From Desulfovibrio sp. (GTDB lineage: Bacteria > Desulfobacterota > Desulfovibrionia > Desulfovibrionales > Desulfovibrionaceae), in assembly GCA_024683955.1 (NCBI GenBank), contig JAIKXS010000042.1:5681-69680 (forward strand): DNA of 64,000 nt. Reading direction: 5' to 3'. The notes beneath the pieces are model-generated. The model ran no database searches. It had not been told where the DNA came from and saw nothing but the letters and a program-made list of their open reading frames with translations. A program made the translations under genes and the position numbers. Below, piece after piece: positions 36,442 to 45,798 of the stretch (position 1 is its first letter; each line of letters begins with the position of its first letter).

Positions 36442-37386
36442 CTACGGGTTAAAAGAGTGAATGTTCTCCCAGGCACTGCAGGCTTCGGAAATAAAACGCT
36501 TCCCTTCAGATGGGGAGAAAAAACGCGCCTCCTTCCGGCCACGGAACCAAGTGTTCTGCCTCTTTGCGTAGGCTCGAGTGTTTTTAATCCAGAGGGTCAA
36601 GGCATCTTCAAAGGTAAGGGTACCCCGTGCACAGGCAAGAAGCTCGGCGCAGCCTATAGAACTGAACCCGGGAAGGGAGGGATCAGGCGCTCGAGCAAAA
36701 GCCCTCTTCATTTCATCAAGGGCTCCCTCTTTCATCATGCACTCAATGCGCGCCTCTATGCGCGGCATAAGCCAGTCAAGGGAGGCTTGTATCACAAACA
36801 GGGGACCGGAGACTGGAGACGCCGTTCCCTCCTTGTGCCAATCGGAAAGGGTGCGTCCTGTTTGTTCAAGCACTTCAAGGGCGCGCACTATCCTCTGTCT
36901 GTCATGGGGATGGATCTTCGCGGCGTACTCGGGATCCTTGCTGCAAAGTTCATTATGGAGCGCTGCAAGCCCCTCCCTTCCGACACGGTCTTCAATGCGT
37001 GCACGCACGTCTCTGTCCGTTGGAGGAATAGGCGCTATGCCGTGAAGAAGAGTCTGAAAATACATTCCTGTTCCCCCGCAAAGCAGGGGAACATGACCAC
37101 GGGACAGAACTTCGATAATCTTGGCCAGGGCCATATCCCGCCATTCACCAGCACTTATCTGGGTGTCCGAGGATAAAATCCCGTAGAGGTGGTGAGGACA
37201 AACCGCACGCTCCTCTGGTGTAGGCTGAGCTGATATGAGGGGGAAATCGGCATATACCTGCCGTGAATCAGCGTTGATGACCTCCACGGGAAGCTCAGTG
37301 GCAAGAGCCAGGGCAAGAGAGGTTTTTCCAGAAGCCGTCGGGCCAGCAAGACAAAGGACCGGATAGACGTCAGCAGCGGTTTGCAT
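36442..37386 (-). CDS. miaA: tRNA dimethylallyltransferase
   Basis: Trimmed to MQTAADVYPVLCLAGPTASGKT (P-loop near the N-terminus). The start overlaps the coaD 3' end by 17 nt. Confidence 0.9.
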   Translation of the reverse strand: MQTAADVYPVLCLAGPTASGKTSLALALATELPVEVINADSRQVYADFPLISAQPTPEERAVCPHHLYGILSSDTQISAGEWRDMALAKIIEVLSRGHVPLLCGGTGMYFQTLLHGIAPIPPTDRDVRARIEDRVGREGLAALHNELCSKDPEYAAKIHPHDRQRIVRALEVLEQTGRTLSDWHKEGTASPVSGPLFVIQASLDWLMPRIEARIECMMKEGALDEMKRAFARAPDPSLPGFSSIGCAELLACARGTLTFEDALTLWIKNTRAYAKRQNTWFRGRKEARFFSPSEGKRFISEACSAWENIHSFNP

Positions 37387-37936
37387 GGCGGAGCTGGTCG
37401 ACATCAGGAATAACGGAATCTGCAGCCCGATTCTCCTTTTTGCATTCTGACCTGAGTCTGTCTTCAAGGGCAGCGGCAACGCAGTCCGGCACAAGGCCCC
37501 TGACCGAGCCTCCCTGACTTGCGGCGCTTTTGATGATCGTTGAACTGATATAAAGCCATTTGTAGTCTGTCATCAAAAATACCGTCTGCAAATTCTGCTG
37601 CAGTCTCCGGTTCATAAGCGCAAGCTGAAATTCATACTCGAAATCACTGACGGCACGGAGTCCCCGAAGAATGGCACAGGCGCCCCTGCGTAACGCGAAG
37701 TCGACGGTGAGGCCACTGTAGGACTCAACGCTTACTCGTTTTTCGTTCTGCAAAGCCTCCTTTGCAAGGAGGACCCGTTCCTCAAGACTGAACAAAGTAT
37801 TCTTTGAGGTGTCCTTTGCAACGGCGACGATAACGTCGTCAAAGACATCAAGAGCCCGGGTGATCAGACTCAAATGCCCGTTGGTAATGGGATCGAAGGT
37901 CCCTGGATAAAGAGCCGTTCTCATAGTGTTTTTCAT
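37370..37936 (-). CDS. coaD: Phosphopantetheine adenylyltransferase
   Basis: YPGTFDPITNGH motif. At 188 aa it has a C-terminal tail about 25 aa longer than I expect for CoaD. Confidence 0.9.
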   Translation of the reverse strand: MKNTMRTALYPGTFDPITNGHLSLITRALDVFDDVIVAVAKDTSKNTLFSLEERVLLAKEALQNEKRVSVESYSGLTVDFALRRGACAILRGLRAVSDFEYEFQLALMNRRLQQNLQTVFLMTDYKWLYISSTIIKSAASQGGSVRGLVPDCVAAALEDRLRSECKKENRAADSVIPDVDQLRHANRC

Positions 37937-37942
37937 GCTCCG

Positions 37943-38527
37943 TCAAGACATTCCCGAAGAAAGTGGGGAGAGGTGCTGCCCATAATGCAAAAGGAGAACT
38001 CTGGTTTGGCCGAAAAGGCGTTCGGCTTCGAGCTGAAAAGTATCCGGAATCGCCAGGGGGAGGTCGTGCTCCAGCTCGCACACAAGATAGGCACCCGGAG
38101 TTAGCCAGCCATTTCCGGAGAGAAGAGGCAGGGCCTTTTGCGTGTATTCCTGTCTATAGGGAGGATCGAGGAAGGCAAGTCCGAAGCCCGCGTGCGTTCC
38201 CTGGCGGAGTACGCGAATTGCGTCTTCAGAAGCAATCCTGATGCAGTCCGAAATACCGAGAATCTCGGCATTTTTCCGAATGCAGGCCTGAATCTTGGGT
38301 GATGATTCGATAAGAAGGGCTTCTGAGGCTCCACGGCTCAAGGCCTCAAAGGAGAGGCTGCCGCTCCCGGCAAAGACATCAACGACCCGCAAGCCATCCC
38401 ACTCAAGCCCGCGCGCTTCAAGCATGGAAAAGATCGCTTCCCGTGTCCGTCCCATGGCAGGTCGGCACCCTCGGCCCTCAGGACTTTTCAGAACACGGCT
38501 TCGAAAGCGTCCAGCTATAATCCGCAT
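37943..38527 (-). CDS. rsmD: 16S rRNA (guanine966-N2)-methyltransferase
   Basis: MRIIAG..R...L......RP...R.REA.F, then the DVFAGSG and DPPY motifs. Confidence 0.9.
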   Translation of the reverse strand: MRIIAGRFRSRVLKSPEGRGCRPAMGRTREAIFSMLEARGLEWDGLRVVDVFAGSGSLSFEALSRGASEALLIESSPKIQACIRKNAEILGISDCIRIASEDAIRVLRQGTHAGFGLAFLDPPYRQEYTQKALPLLSGNGWLTPGAYLVCELEHDLPLAIPDTFQLEAERLFGQTRVLLLHYGQHLSPLSSGMS

Positions 38528-38556
38528 CGCCCATAGCTCCTATGTCCGCAAGACGC

Positions 38557-40167
38557 TTAAAGACGCGCAAGCAGACGCGTTAGGGAGTATTCCATCTTTC
38601 CAAGCTGGTCTTCGAGCTCCTTCTGGTCAACCCAGGGTTTGTGTTCGATATCCTTCAGCTGAGTTCTGAACATGCTCCACTTCCTTTCCACCTCATCAGC
38701 CAAAAAGGTCCAGTTGACACGCGGGTAGGCCTCTGCCTGATGAAGGACCGTCCCGGCAATGGTTGAACCGACAAGCGTGATTTCCTCAAGATAATCCGGT
38801 CGCTCGGGAGTCAGGCCGAAACGAGCCTGTATCTCTCCGGCAAGCGTGTCCTGAGCTTTTGCCTCGCCGTGGACGAGCACCACATGCGCATCGTGTTTAG
38901 CCAAAGGCTTCAGCCAGTCAAGAAGCTGACTCTGCCCCGCATGCCCCGAAAAGCCATTGATCGTAAAAATGCGAGCAGCCACATTCACTTCCTCGCCAAA
39001 GAGGGTGATCTTCTGTGCCTGTTCGACAAGCTTGCGTCCGATTGTTCCGACAGCCTGATAGCCGACGAAGACAATACTGGCTCCCGGTCTCCAAAGATTG
39101 TGACGCAGGTGGTGCTTGATGCGGCCGGCATTGCACATGCCAGAAGCGGAAATAACAATAGCACTGCCGGACGTTGAGTTAATCGCCTTCGATTCATCTG
39201 CGCTCAGGGTGTAGTGCAGATTCGGCAAGGCAAAGATGTCGTCCCCGCTTCCGAGAAGGGCCCTCGTTTCCTCATCAAAAAGATCCCGATAGCGCGAGAA
39301 GATTTCCGAGGCCCGGATGGCGAGGGGACTGTCCACATAAATCGGCAGATCGTGGGGCAGAAGTCCCTCATGATCAATATGGTGAAGACAACAGAGAATT
39401 TCCTGAGTGCGTTCAACCGCAAAAGCTGGAATAATAATTTTTTCCTTACGGCTGTAGCTGTATTCAATAGCCTCAGCGAGCTCGTGCACGCTGGTTGCTT
39501 CGTTTTTATGGTCACGATCGCCGTAGGTTGACTCAAGAAAAATATAGTCGGCGGCGGGTGGAGTTTCCGGTTCGCGAACAATGAGCGACTGGGGACGGCC
39601 GATATCACCAGAAAAAAGAAGCGTTGTTTTTCTGCCGTCTTCCGTAATTTCAAGGAGAAGGGAACCAGAACCGAGAATATGACCGGCATTGTAAAAGGTA
39701 GCTTTTAGTCCAGGAATCGGCGAAACAGGCTGATGGTAGTCAACCGGTTTGAATAGCGGGTCCACCTTTGCCGCATCCTCAATGGTGTAAATGGGGGCAG
39801 GTGGTTCCCCTAGACCACGACGTTTGTATTTCTTTAGCTCATTCTCAGCTTCCATTTCCTGAATGTGGGCACTATCAAGAAGCATAAGACGCAAAAGCTC
39901 ACACGTAGCAGGTGTACAGAAAACGGGCTTGTCAAAGCCATATTTGGCCATGAGAGGCAGAAGGCCCGAATGATCAATATGCGCATGCGTCACAAAGATA
40001 AAATCAAGATCTGTAGGCCTGTAGGGTTTTACCTCATGATTACGTTCCTCTATGGCCTTGTTGCCTTGATGCATACCGCAGTCGACGGCAAAGCGGTGGC
40101 CTAGGGCCTCGATAACATAACAAGACCCGGTCACTGTCCGCGCTGCGCCGAGAAATTGAATTTTCAT
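38557..40167 (-). CDS. Beta-CASP family metallo-beta-lactamase-fold nuclease
   Basis: 536 aa with THAHIDHSG (HxHxDH), beta-CASP motifs and a C-terminal RNA-specificity-like region. Confidence 0.85.
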   Translation of the reverse strand: MKIQFLGAARTVTGSCYVIEALGHRFAVDCGMHQGNKAIEERNHEVKPYRPTDLDFIFVTHAHIDHSGLLPLMAKYGFDKPVFCTPATCELLRLMLLDSAHIQEMEAENELKKYKRRGLGEPPAPIYTIEDAAKVDPLFKPVDYHQPVSPIPGLKATFYNAGHILGSGSLLLEITEDGRKTTLLFSGDIGRPQSLIVREPETPPAADYIFLESTYGDRDHKNEATSVHELAEAIEYSYSRKEKIIIPAFAVERTQEILCCLHHIDHEGLLPHDLPIYVDSPLAIRASEIFSRYRDLFDEETRALLGSGDDIFALPNLHYTLSADESKAINSTSGSAIVISASGMCNAGRIKHHLRHNLWRPGASIVFVGYQAVGTIGRKLVEQAQKITLFGEEVNVAARIFTINGFSGHAGQSQLLDWLKPLAKHDAHVVLVHGEAKAQDTLAGEIQARFGLTPERPDYLEEITLVGSTIAGTVLHQAEAYPRVNWTFLADEVERKWSMFRTQLKDIEHKPWVDQKELEDQLGKMEYSLTRLLARL

Positions 40168-40872
40168 AGGTTTTGTACAAGAGACTTATCTCTTCCTGAA
40201 ATTCAACGGGAAAAGAGTCCTCTTAACTCCTGCTGTGTTAAAGAATTTGAAAAGGGGCTGGGCAGTAAAGACAGGCATGACACAAAGACGCCCCGTGGTG
40301 AAAAGACGCAAAGAAACAGAACATCCATCAGAAATGATTCTCACTGCCGAGCCAGACCGGGCGACTGGCAAAAATAGAGCGTTCTTTCCATTATATATAC
40401 CATAAAACCCGAGCCTTCTCAATCCACGGCCACTGGGGAACATACGGTGAAAAAACATGGCGGCCCGTGTCGAGGATTTCTGCCACCCATTCGGCAAAGA
40501 GTCGGCAGTTTCGTACGTCCGGGGAAGAAATGAACATCGAGACAAGTGCAAAAATTCACAGACGCCCTTGACGAAGACATACAGGAACGGTAGATTTCGG
40601 TAGAGAACATAGACTCCGCATGAGGAGAGCTTCTGAGAAAAGCCTGCCTTCCGCTCCTGCATCGCTCGAAAAGAGCCTGGTGGCACGCTTTTTTGCTACG
40701 TTTTACACACGGGAACAGTGAGCCCGTCGTCTGGGTCCGCCTCTCCTGAAGACAGAAACGCCGGCCGCCAGGCCAGCTCCGTTATATTTTCCTTTCTCCG
40801 GCATTGTGCCTGGGAAGGGCTTTTGGAGACCGTCTGAAAAGGACACCGTTAAGGACATTGAAAGGACATCGT

Positions 40873-41868
40873 ATGAGGAACCGCACAAAAATGCTTCTGC
40901 TGACGGCAATTGCTCTTGTCGGCGCGGCATGTCTCATGTTCCGGGAGCCGGAAGGTATCAGCGCCGCGCACGCCCCGGAACTGACAGACAGTGGCGCGCA
41001 GCCGGCAATGGTGCTTTTTCCAGTCAGCGATAAACCCTCACGTGGGGTTAGCGGCATGAAACCAGTGGTATTTAACCACAAGCTTCATGAAGGAAAAGTA
41101 CAGGAATGCGAATCCTGTCACCACACAGGGGATCCGGTCCCCTGCACAACGTGTCATACTGTAGAGGGCAAGGCGGAAGGAAACTTCGTCACTCTCGAAC
41201 GGGCCATGCACGCTAGCAACATCGCCCCGCGCAAGGACGGACGTACGCCGCAGAGCTGCGTAAGCTGCCACAGAAAGGTTTATACGGAGCGACTTGAATG
41301 CGCCGGCTGCCACAGCATTGTGAAGCCAACGGAAAACGACGACTGGTGTGCCGTTTGCCACGCTGACCTCCCCTCTCTGACTCGCGAACAGTGGCAAGCA
41401 GGTATTCAGGGTAAGCTTTCTCCGGCTGAAAACGTCGCCATCGCTTCGAGCACCATCGCCTCAAAGAAGCCTCACGAGTACCTTGAAGGTTCACGCACGC
41501 GCTACAGAGTTACGCTCGACACCCTGAAAGACAAGTACGAGGCAAACGTCTTCAACCACGCCCGTCATATCGTCTCACTGCAGCGTAAGATAGCCAATGA
41601 TCCTCTGGCCAATGCGTTCCACTCTTCGTCCTCCATCCTTTGCCAGACATGTCACCATCACGAGCCGGCAACGACACAGCCGTCAAAATGCGTGAGTTGC
41701 CACACACCGACCATTGACAGGGCCCATCCCGAACGGCCTTCGTTGAAGGCGGCCTACCATCTTCAGTGCATGGGTTGCCATGACGGTATGGAAGTGAAGC
41801 GTCCTCGCAACACAGACTGCACCGGATGCCACAGGCTTCGTACAGTGCAGCAGGAGGAAACGAAATGA
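40873..41868 (+). CDS. nhcA: Nine-haem periplasmic cytochrome c (NhcA/9HcA)
   Basis: Trimmed to MRNRTKMLLLTAIALVGAACL (signal peptide). I count exactly nine CxxCH motifs: CESCH, CTTCH, CVSCH, CAGCH, CAVCH, CQTCH, CVSCH, CMGCH, CTGCH. The sequence resembles, from memory, the D. desulfuricans 27774 nine-haem cytochrome. Confidence 0.9.
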   Translation: MRNRTKMLLLTAIALVGAACLMFREPEGISAAHAPELTDSGAQPAMVLFPVSDKPSRGVSGMKPVVFNHKLHEGKVQECESCHHTGDPVPCTTCHTVEGKAEGNFVTLERAMHASNIAPRKDGRTPQSCVSCHRKVYTERLECAGCHSIVKPTENDDWCAVCHADLPSLTREQWQAGIQGKLSPAENVAIASSTIASKKPHEYLEGSRTRYRVTLDTLKDKYEANVFNHARHIVSLQRKIANDPLANAFHSSSSILCQTCHHHEPATTQPSKCVSCHTPTIDRAHPERPSLKAAYHLQCMGCHDGMEVKRPRNTDCTGCHRLRTVQQEETK

Positions 41869-42968
41869 ACCGCAGAAAATTTCTGACCATGCTCGGGAGT
41901 GCGGGTGTCGTTTCGGCTCTTGCCTCAACAACAGCCCCAAAAGAAGCCAAGGCTTCTCATATTTTCCCATACTATCCTGAAAGCTATGGCGTTTTGCACG
42001 ACACAACACGTTGCGTCGGCTGCAGAAGCTGCGAGCAGGCATGTAATGAAGTAAACTCCCTCCCGAAGCCCAATAAGCCCTTCGACGATCTGAGTGTCTG
42101 CAACACCAAGCGCCGCACCTCGGCCACCGAATGGACGGTCGTTAACAAATACAAAATGAACGGGAAGGACGTATTCCGTAAACTGCAGTGCTTCCACTGT
42201 CAGGACCCGGCCTGCGCCTCAGCCTGTTTTGCAAAGTGCTTCCAAAAGCAACCCGACGGCAGCGTGACCTATGACGGAACACAGTGCGTGGGTTGCCGTT
42301 ACTGCATGATCGCCTGCCCCTTCTATGTCCCTGGGTTTGAGTACAATGAGGCGTGGGATCCGCTCGTTAAGAAGTGCACCTTCTGCAAACCTCGTCTTGA
42401 CAAAGGACAGCTTCCCGGTTGCGTCGAAGCATGTCCCATGGACGCGCTTACCTTCGGTCGCAGAACGGATCTTATCAAGGCCGCCCGGAAAAGAATTACC
42501 GAGAATCCGGATAAGTATCTTGATTATATCTACGGTGAACACGACGCCGGCGGTACTGCTTGGATGGTTCTTGCCCCTGCAAACCCCAAAGGTCCCAAAG
42601 TTCCTCCGGAAAATCCTGTTTTGGCCGGTCCTGAGATGAAACAGCTTGGTCTGGACACCCACCTCGGCAACCAGCCCATGGGTGAACTCACCTACGGCGC
42701 CCTTGGCACAGTGCCCATGATCGTGGCCTTCTGGCCCGTCCTCTTCGGCGGAGCCTACGCCATGACCAAACGTCGCGAAGCCATGCACAAAGAAGAACAG
42801 GAAAAGACCGTCCGTCAGGCCAGAGAAGATGTGGCGAAAGCCGTCGACGCGGTTGTTCGCACGATTCAGGAAACCGAAGGCGAAGGCGCTGCCGACCGAG
42901 CGCGCAAGGCTATGGCAGAAGCCCTGAAGGCCCGTGGAGAGGCTGGAAAACACGGGGAGGGTGCGTAA
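41865..42968 (+). CDS. nhcB: Periplasmic 4Fe-4S cluster protein, HmcB/NhcB-like, with Tat signal
   Basis: ATG 41865 overlaps the nhcA stop (ATGA). Twin-arginine signal MNRRKFLTMLG, multiple CxxCxxCxxxCP ferredoxin motifs and a C-terminal TM anchor. Confidence 0.9.
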   Translation: MNRRKFLTMLGSAGVVSALASTTAPKEAKASHIFPYYPESYGVLHDTTRCVGCRSCEQACNEVNSLPKPNKPFDDLSVCNTKRRTSATEWTVVNKYKMNGKDVFRKLQCFHCQDPACASACFAKCFQKQPDGSVTYDGTQCVGCRYCMIACPFYVPGFEYNEAWDPLVKKCTFCKPRLDKGQLPGCVEACPMDALTFGRRTDLIKAARKRITENPDKYLDYIYGEHDAGGTAWMVLAPANPKGPKVPPENPVLAGPEMKQLGLDTHLGNQPMGELTYGALGTVPMIVAFWPVLFGGAYAMTKRREAMHKEEQEKTVRQAREDVAKAVDAVVRTIQETEGEGAADRARKAMAEALKARGEAGKHGEGA

Positions 42969-42969
42969 G

Positions 42970-44187
42970 ATGGAAAATCACAGCATTGTCATTCCCACCA
43001 GGGAAAAGATGTTCAATATGGGGCCGCTGTTGAAACCGACCCCTGGCAATATCATTACATGGATTATCCTGGCCGTCGGCCTTATTATAACCATTATCCG
43101 CTTTACACAGGGCATTGGCTCCGTTGCCAATCTTGATGACAATCAGCCTTGGGGAATGTGGATTGGCTTTGACCTGCTCTGCGGCGTCTGCCTTGCAGCC
43201 GGTGGCTACTTCACAACCGTTGCATGCTACGTCATGGGCATGAAACACTTCCACTCCGCGGCTCGACCGGCTGTTCTTACGGCCTTCCTCGGCTACCTTT
43301 TTGTGGTTGTGGCCCTTCTTTACGACCTTGGTCATCCACTCCGTCTGCCCTATATGTTCTTCTTCCCGGGCACGACATCGGTTCTTTTTGAAGTTGGTCT
43401 TTGTGTGGCAACCTACCTGACGGTCCTCTTTGTGGAATTCTCGGTTGCGCCTGCCGAATGGCTTTCCAACCGTTTTCCGATCGTCCTCAAGTGGCGCACA
43501 TTTGTAAACAAGATCAACATTCTTCTGACCATATTTGGCATGACGCTTTCAACCCTTCATCAGTCCTCTCTGGGTTCGCTCTATCTTATCTGCCCCGGAA
43601 AGCTGCATCCGCTCTGGTACTCACCGTTCCTGCCCATGTTCTTCTTCGTAAGTTCCATGGTGGCTGGTGCGTCCATGGTTGTGATGGAGGGCTTCTTTGC
43701 CCATAAGGGTGCCCACGCCTACATGGATTCCACACACCTCCGCGAAAGTGACTCTGTTGTGCTGAGTTTCTCCAAGGCGGCATCCTTCATCCTTATGGCC
43801 TACTTCATGCTGAAATTCATCGACATGCTGGTTCAGGCCAACACGGGCTACCTCTTCAGCGGCTACGGCGCCTGGTGGCTTGTTGAAATGTTTGGCTTTG
43901 TCCTGCTTCCTGCACTTCTGTACGCCAAGGGTTCTCGTGATGGTAATGTCCGTCTTTGCCAATACGCTTCCATGAATGCAGTGGCAGGTATTGTCTTGAA
44001 CCGCTTTAACATTTCCATGATCGCGTTCAACTATCAGCTGCCCTCAGCTGAACGTTATTTCCCGAGCATCTGGGAAATTCTGATCTCGGTTTTTGTGGTA
44101 ACCATGATTGTGACGGCATACCGTTTCATAGTCTATCACATGCCGATTCTCTATGAACACCCCAATTTTAAAGATGCCCATCACTAG
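42970..44187 (+). CDS. nhcC: NrfD/PsrC-family integral membrane quinone-interacting subunit (HmcC/NhcC-like)
   Basis: Trimmed to MENHSIV (ATG 42970, 1 nt after the nhcB stop). About 10 hydrophobic helices. Confidence 0.9.
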   Translation: MENHSIVIPTREKMFNMGPLLKPTPGNIITWIILAVGLIITIIRFTQGIGSVANLDDNQPWGMWIGFDLLCGVCLAAGGYFTTVACYVMGMKHFHSAARPAVLTAFLGYLFVVVALLYDLGHPLRLPYMFFFPGTTSVLFEVGLCVATYLTVLFVEFSVAPAEWLSNRFPIVLKWRTFVNKINILLTIFGMTLSTLHQSSLGSLYLICPGKLHPLWYSPFLPMFFFVSSMVAGASMVVMEGFFAHKGAHAYMDSTHLRESDSVVLSFSKAASFILMAYFMLKFIDMLVQANTGYLFSGYGAWWLVEMFGFVLLPALLYAKGSRDGNVRLCQYASMNAVAGIVLNRFNISMIAFNYQLPSAERYFPSIWEILISVFVVTMIVTAYRFIVYHMPILYEHPNFKDAHH

Positions 44188-44201
44188 GCCGGAGGGAAGA
44201 T

Positions 44202-44351
44202 ATGGATTTTAACATCTTCTACGATTACTTTCTCTTCACGAAGAGTTGGGCTTACATAATGATGTTCTTTACTCTGCCCTATTATGTGTTCTACTGGAAC
44301 ACGGCTCTTTATCCCTACAAGAAAAAAGAGAATAATACGCCAGGGAAGTAG
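44202..44351 (+). CDS. nhcD: Small hydrophobic protein, HmcD/NhcD-like (49 aa)
   Basis: Not in the ORF track. My translation is MDFNIFYDYFLFTKSWAYIMMFFTLPYYVFYWNTALYPYKKKENNTPGK. GGAGGG RBS 5 nt upstream, one TM helix, and in the expected fourth position of the operon. Confidence 0.6.
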   Translation: MDFNIFYDYFLFTKSWAYIMMFFTLPYYVFYWNTALYPYKKKENNTPGK

Positions 44352-44424
44352 AACTAAACCCAATGTACATGAGGAAGGGGGAGTTCATAAGGAACTCCCC
44401 CTTCCCTCTCTGGAGCCACAAACA

Positions 44425-44661
44425 ATGTGCCTAGCTATCCCCGCCAAGATTGAAGAACTTCTTCCTGACGCCATGGCGCGTGTTCGGGTAGGAAACAGCG
44501 AAACCTATCTCACCACATCTCTCATGCTTCTGCCAGAGAAGGCAGAGGTGGGCGACTTCGTGATTGTACACGCCGGCTTTGCCCTACAGAAAGTTCCACA
44601 CGACGAAGCACAGGTAACGCTTGCGGCGCTTAAGGAATTCACTGACGCCGCAGCCACATAA
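44425..44661 (+). CDS. hypC: [NiFe]-hydrogenase maturation chaperone HypC/HupF family
   Basis: Trimmed to MCLAIPAKIEEL, the invariant MCL(A/G)IP N-terminus. 78 aa, GGAG RBS. Confidence 0.9.
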   Translation: MCLAIPAKIEELLPDAMARVRVGNSETYLTTSLMLLPEKAEVGDFVIVHAGFALQKVPHDEAQVTLAALKEFTDAAAT

Positions 44662-45678
44662 ACGTGTGAGCATTCGCCACATAATACAAACCATACGTGT
44701 CCTGTACGGATTGAGAGATCTTCGAAGGTGGTTGTCTCACCCATGAACATTCCCACTGAATCCCCGCTCCATCAACATCTCTCGAACAGAATCTCTTTCG
44801 ATGGCGGGAGTGACACGAGAACACGCTGATAGAGCCGCTTCCTCGAACCGAAAACCTGTCAAAATACACCGTTTCCTCACAAATTTGTTTCTTTGAGCTG
44901 CTCCCCGTACTAATCAGCCCCTCGCCCGGCCTGGCAGGACACGTCTGCCACTTCTTCCCACCGGCTTGCAACATTCGTTCATCCCGCGGTATGTAAAGCT
45001 GCTCTCTCCATGCAAGGGAAGAAACCGTTTTCACCTTACCTTGAAGCAGGCGTCCCAAACCAAGCCGCTTATTGAAAAGCCTCAATCCTGCATGAGGAGG
45101 AGATCGGCCACCTCGGATATTGCTCCTGGCCCGCTCATTCCTTCTCAGGCGCAATGTCCCCGCTTGGGGAGAGATACTGGTGTTTGCATTTTTCTCCTGA
45201 ATTCGGATAAAAGGAGTTTCCGGGTTTTACAGCCAACACAAAAGAGATCATTCATTACTCACGACACTCTTCCTCTTCGCCTGCGGCAGGAATGCCCCTC
45301 TTCCTGATTCTGTCAGTCCGCTTGTCTGGTCACTTTTCGTTTCTTCCCGGAAGGCTCTTCCGAGACGGGCTTCCATCTCTCAGTATTCCTCAGAAATAAG
45401 AAAGGTTCCAAATGCGTGATATAAAACAAACGCCTCCCTGTACCTCTCGCGCAGGAACGAACGAAGATGGTACGACATACGTTCTCTGTAAGTGATATTC
45501 GGTCGCCCGGAAAAAAACTTCCCCACGAAACCGCCGAGTCCCTTCGGCAGATGAGGCACGCATAACCCACTGTCTCTGATGCCAAGCGTAAACGGGATAG
45601 ATAGTCTATTCCCGCCTTGTGGGATATTCCTGTGGCTCTTTTGTAGCCTGCACACTCTTATTTCAAGGATAACACAGT

Positions 45679-45795
45679 ATGCCAGACTTGCTTTCCGCGC
45701 TTAAAAGCGCCGATATACCGGTCATTACCGGTGTTTTTTCCCTGTTGGGGGCACTTGTGTACTCCCTTATTCAGTTCGGACGGCGGGGTAGATAA
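45679..45795 (+). CDS. 38-aa single-TM ORF immediately upstream of the symporter (possible small accessory subunit)
   Basis: Not in the ORF track. My translation is MPDLLSALKSADIPVITGVFSLLGALVYSLIQFGRRGR. AAGGA RBS about 10 nt upstream, and the stop lies 3 nt before the symporter ATG. Confidence 0.45.
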   Translation: MPDLLSALKSADIPVITGVFSLLGALVYSLIQFGRRGR

Positions 45796-45798
45796 AAT

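Noticed and set aside
35475-37176. Two plus-strand ORFs (325 aa and 274 aa)
   Set aside because: They are antisense to tadA/LOG and miaA, whose catalytic motifs are unambiguous.
45380-45382. In-frame TGA on the minus strand as a possible selenocysteine codon in a longer gene
   Set aside because: Reading on in the same frame meets another TGA after about 40 codons. The flanking peptide sequences are not protein-like, and no SECIS-like context was evident.
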